NCBI RefSeq assembly: GCF_014646755.1
Contig: NZ_BMNW01000006.1
Location: 27,745 to 59,744, forward strand
Direction: 5' to 3'
Length of the DNA stretch: 32,000 nucleotides
DNA from: Pseudomonas asuensis
GTDB taxonomy: Bacteria; Pseudomonadota; Gammaproteobacteria; Pseudomonadales; Pseudomonadaceae
Under the pieces are notes generated by a model that was not told the origin of the DNA, ran no database searches, and saw only the letters and a list, made by a program, of their open reading frames with translations. This document shows positions 29,268-32,000 of this stretch, piece by piece; positions within the stretch are counted from its first letter, which is position 1; every line of letters begins with the position of its first letter. The position numbers and the translations under genes were made by a program.

Positions 29268-29726
29268 GATTGAAACCTCTTGCGTAGCAGGAAAGGGTAA
29301 GCATTGATACAGGCATCGTAGCGAATGAATGTGTTTGCTAGAGCAGCTCTCTACCGGCATTACCCATGCGCCTACAGTAGGGCTCTAGGCCTGCGCAAAA
29401 CAGATTCAGATTCTTAATAAAAAACCGTATCAGATGTTGAGTCACCCTTTTTTGGCATTGTTGCACGCCGTTAGCTGAGTAGTCTCAATACGCGTTGACT
29501 CTGGTAGACCGCCTTCAGCTTGGGCTGATTTGTCTTCGAGGCACGACCCTTGTGACAAAAAATGTCACTGCTGGTCCCAAACCGTTACGCTTGGCCAACA
29601 ACATTTTGTCAACTCTTTCATGCTTGGTAAGCGTGTAAATTTTATGAATTTTTTAAAACTGCTTTCTCTACCCCTAAATTTTGTGAACGTTGTCGAAAGT
29701 AATTCGTGTTTTTTTGGAAAAACCTA

Positions 29727-29753
29727 AAACAACTGTTTCACAAACAGCTGTTT
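29727..29753. promoter_or_regulatory. two tandem palindromes, AAACAACTGTTT and AAACAGCTGTTT, upstream of the GH5 gene
   Basis: Site 2 (29742-29753) is a perfect 12-bp palindrome. Site 1 (29727-29738) differs at one base. Their starts are 15 bp apart. They lie in an AT-rich intergenic region ~270 bp upstream of the GH5 ATG. Confidence 0.35.
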
Positions 29754-30024
29754 AATACAGTGAAACCATTTTTATAAGCTATTGATTTTAAATAAATTTA
29801 TATGTATTGACGAAAAACAATAGTGTCATATTGATATTAATTTCACTGCTTTTTGAGTGGCACGCTTTTCTCAATCCCCCGGTAGTACAGCCACGCTCGG
29901 CCACCAAGCAAGGTAGTTAGTTCTGCCTGAAGACCAAAACGATAACAGTCTTGATACGAGCCTTTTAGGTTCGGCCGTTAAGTGCGCACTTCAGAAATGA
30001 CACTTTAGGTTTATTGGGGAATTC

Positions 30025-32000
30025 ATGAAAAGCTCAAGCAGGCGTTCCCGTAGTCTGGCTTTCAAAGTAATGAGGCAATGCGCGCTACCATTGGCGGCGT
30101 TACTGGTTTCGTCTTCGGCTGTGGCATCGGTCGACCTGGTGGGGCTGAACTTGTCTGGGGCTGGCTTCGCATCACACGTGCTGCCCGGCATCAACGGAAC
30201 CAACTATATATTTCCGACAGAGTCTTACTTCAAGCAATGGAGTGAGAAGGGCATAAAACTGGTGCGCTTCCCGATTATCTGGGAGCGGCTGCAGCCTACG
30301 CTTGGCGGTGCACTGGACGCTAAGTATGTGCAATTGATCGATAGCACGTTCAGCTATGCAGAAAAGCATAACGTAAAGATCATTCTGGACCTTCATAACT
30401 ATGCTCGATATCGCGGCCAGATCATTGGAACAAGCGGTGTGCCTTATGCGCGATATCAGGAGATCATGACAAAGATCGCGCAGCGTTGGAGCAGCCAGAA
30501 GTCGCTTTATGCCTACGACATCATGAATGAGCCCAATGGTGCGCTGAACTATTGGAACACGGCAGCTCAATACGGCATCAATGGCGTACGTGCGGTTGAC
30601 ACCGTTCGCCCCATTATTGTCGAAGGCAACGGGTGGGCCGAGGCTACGCGCTGGGAGCAGTGGAATAATACGTTGCTCGATCTCAAGGATCCTTCAAATA
30701 ACCTTATCTTTTCTGCGCACACCTACTTTGATAACAATGCGGGCGGCAATTACGAGTCCGTTGACGTTAGCAAGCTTGACCCCATGTATGGCGTTGAGCG
30801 AGTCAAGCCCTTTATCGAGTGGCTCAAGAAGCACGGCAAGAAAGGCTACATCGGTGAGTTTGGCATCCCGGACAATGACTCTCGCTGGAATACCATCATG
30901 GATAACATGCTGGCATATCTGGCGCAGAATTGTGTTCCGGCCACCTATTGGGCGGCAGGTCCGGGCTGGGGTAACTATTTCATGTCTGTGGAGCCTATAA
31001 ATGGTGTTGAGCGTCCTCAATGGCCTACTCTCAAAAAGTACGTCAATAACACCAGATGTACTGCGTTTGGACCTATAAACGGTACTGACGCAACAGCACC
31101 AAGCCAACCCGCTAAACCGGCTCAGCCGGCAGTTCCTGCGCAGCCTGCTACTCCATCAAAACCTGCCACTCCTGCGCCGAGTAAGCCTGTTACGACAACA
31201 CCTGCAACACCGAGTCAACCTGTGACTGCACCTGCTACGCCAGCAGTGCCTGCCATGCCAGCAAAACCAGCGACTCCTGCACCTGCACCTGCGCAGCCCG
31301 CTACGCCTAGCCAACCGGCGAAACCTGTCGTGCAACCGGTAACGCCTGTCACCCGCAGCGGGATAGATCTGGTCGGCTTGAATTTGTCAGGAGCAGCGTT
31401 TGCTCCACACGTCGTACCCGGCAAAAACGGTGTTGACTACCTGTATCCCACAGAGGCGGATTTCAAGCAGTGGAATCAGAAAGGGATCCGTCTGATCCGC
31501 TTTCCTATTCTATGGGAGCGCATACAGCCTAAGCTCAGCACAATGCTCGATCCCAACCAGGTTGGCTTGATCCAGACCACTATGAACCTGGCCCAGAAAT
31601 ACAACATCAAGGTTATCCTGGATGTGCATAACAATGGGCGCTACAACGGCAATATCATTGGGGCGGGGCAGGTTACCTACACCCATTTCTGGGACCTGAT
31701 GTACCGAATTGCTTACCGCTGGGCCAGCCATCCTGCCCTGTATGGGTATGACATCATGGCCAAGCCGCATGACATGGATAATTACTGGCTCAAGGCTGCC
31801 CAGTCCGGAATCGATGGCGTACGAACGGTAGATCATACTCACCCGGTGATTGTGGAAGGTAATGCTTGGTCCAACGCATCGCTATGGCCCTATTACAATG
31901 ACAGTCTGCTCAGCCTCAAGGACTCGGCCAATAACATTATCTTTGCAGCGCACGTCTATCTGGACAAGGATGGGAGTGGTACTTATAACCCGGAAGACAC
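30025..32000 (+). CDS. secreted tandem GH5 (cellulase-family) protein, 3' end beyond the window
   Basis: My own translation from the ATG at 30025 gives 658 codons with no stop up to the window edge. The ORF is not in the supplied track. The signal peptide is MKSSSRRSRSLAFKVMRQCALPLAALLVSSSAVA/SVD. GH5 domain 1 has VRFPIIWERLQP, LDLHNYARY, DIMNEPNG (Glu codon 30529-30531) and YIGEFGIP (Glu codon 30856-30858). A Pro/Ala/Thr linker follows. Domain 2 starts at ~31357 with the same motif order (IRFPILWERIQP, LDVHNNGRY, DIMAKPHD). Confidence 0.9.
   Translation, partial: MKSSSRRSRSLAFKVMRQCALPLAALLVSSSAVASVDLVGLNLSGAGFASHVLPGINGTNYIFPTESYFKQWSEKGIKLVRFPIIWERLQPTLGGALDAKYVQLIDSTFSYAEKHNVKIILDLHNYARYRGQIIGTSGVPYARYQEIMTKIAQRWSSQKSLYAYDIMNEPNGALNYWNTAAQYGINGVRAVDTVRPIIVEGNGWAEATRWEQWNNTLLDLKDPSNNLIFSAHTYFDNNAGGNYESVDVSKLDPMYGVERVKPFIEWLKKHGKKGYIGEFGIPDNDSRWNTIMDNMLAYLAQNCVPATYWAAGPGWGNYFMSVEPINGVERPQWPTLKKYVNNTRCTAFGPINGTDATAPSQPAKPAQPAVPAQPATPSKPATPAPSKPVTTTPATPSQPVTAPATPAVPAMPAKPATPAPAPAQPATPSQPAKPVVQPVTPVTRSGIDLVGLNLSGAAFAPHVVPGKNGVDYLYPTEADFKQWNQKGIRLIRFPILWERIQPKLSTMLDPNQVGLIQTTMNLAQKYNIKVILDVHNNGRYNGNIIGAGQVTYTHFWDLMYRIAYRWASHPALYGYDIMAKPHDMDNYWLKAAQSGIDGVRTVDHTHPVIVEGNAWSNASLWPYYNDSLLSLKDSANNIIFAAHVYLDKDGSGTYNPED
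31090..31356 (+). repeat. low-complexity Pro/Ala/Thr-rich interdomain linker coding region
   Basis: Encodes ~88 aa of reiterated P-A-x-P/K-P-A-T-P units (APSQPAKPAQPAVPAQPATPSKPATPAPSKPVTTTPATPSQPVTAPATPAVPAMPAKPATPAPAPAQPATPSQPAKPVVQPVTPVT). Confidence 0.85.

Noticed and set aside
29530-29727. 65-aa plus-strand ORF in the region upstream of the GH5 gene.
   Set aside because: It lies in AT-rich intergenic DNA, has odd Cys/Phe/Asn-rich composition and no SD. It overlaps the regulatory-looking palindromes.
29840-30024. Possible riboswitch (for example c-di-GMP class I) in the GH5 leader.
   Set aside because: I could not find the conserved GEMM-I core sequences or a convincing two-hairpin architecture by eye. 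A covariance-model scan (Rfam/Infernal) would be needed to exclude it properly.
30172-31424. Minus-strand ORFs 30172-30570, 30694-31107, 31215-31424 and 31510-31842, and plus-strand ORF 30581-31000.
   Set aside because: All overlap the much longer frame-1 GH5 ORF, which has clear family motifs. The 31215-31424 ORF is the antisense reading of the Pro/Ala/Thr linker.
1-32000. CRISPR arrays, tRNA/rRNA genes, IS elements, integrases, and known defence systems such as restriction-modification or abortive infection.
   Set aside because: I saw no short direct-repeat and spacer periodicity, no cloverleaf-like conserved tRNA segments, no transposase or recombinase-like ORF, and no ORF with defence-type ATPase or nuclease signatures outside the Rhs tips. 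This was inspection by eye only, so tRNAscan, Infernal and DefenseFinder runs would be needed for a definitive answer.

Overview
This looks like a proteobacterial chromosomal window with a moderately GC-rich backbone, judged by eye. It has four blocks.

(1) 1-6629, minus strand: a complete malonate decarboxylase operon, mdcABCDEGH-madL, plus the first 24 codons of madM running off the left edge. An AraC-family regulator is transcribed divergently at 6876-7928.

(2) 8409-15257: a redox and quinone-detoxification neighbourhood. It holds an SDR, two LysR regulators, a SnoaL-like protein, WrbA, pirin, DoxX and an MDR quinone oxidoreductase. A TTCGA-N5-TCGAA palindrome sits in three of its intergenic regions.

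(3) 15260-26020, minus strand: a type VI secretion auxiliary island and the most interesting part of the window. It encodes vgrG, a DUF1795 Eag-type chaperone and a prePAAR/PAAR-Rhs effector of 1394 aa. The effector's AT-rich C-terminal tip looks like an AHH/HNH-EndoVII-type nuclease. An overlapping immunity gene follows. Downstream are two displaced orphan Rhs C-terminal fragments, both visibly inactivated, interleaved with three intact AT-rich ORFs of unknown function that are candidate immunity genes. A 180-bp tract of the main rhs gene is repeated with no mismatch in the distal orphan.

(4) 26419-32000: a Zn-dependent alcohol dehydrogenase, a MocR-type regulator and a long plus-strand ORF starting at 30025. 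This ORF is missing from the supplied ORF track because it runs off the right edge. It encodes a secreted protein with two tandem GH5 cellulase-like domains joined by a Pro/Ala/Thr linker. The second domain has lost the NEP acid/base glutamate.

I saw no rRNA, tRNA, CRISPR array, integrase or transposase.
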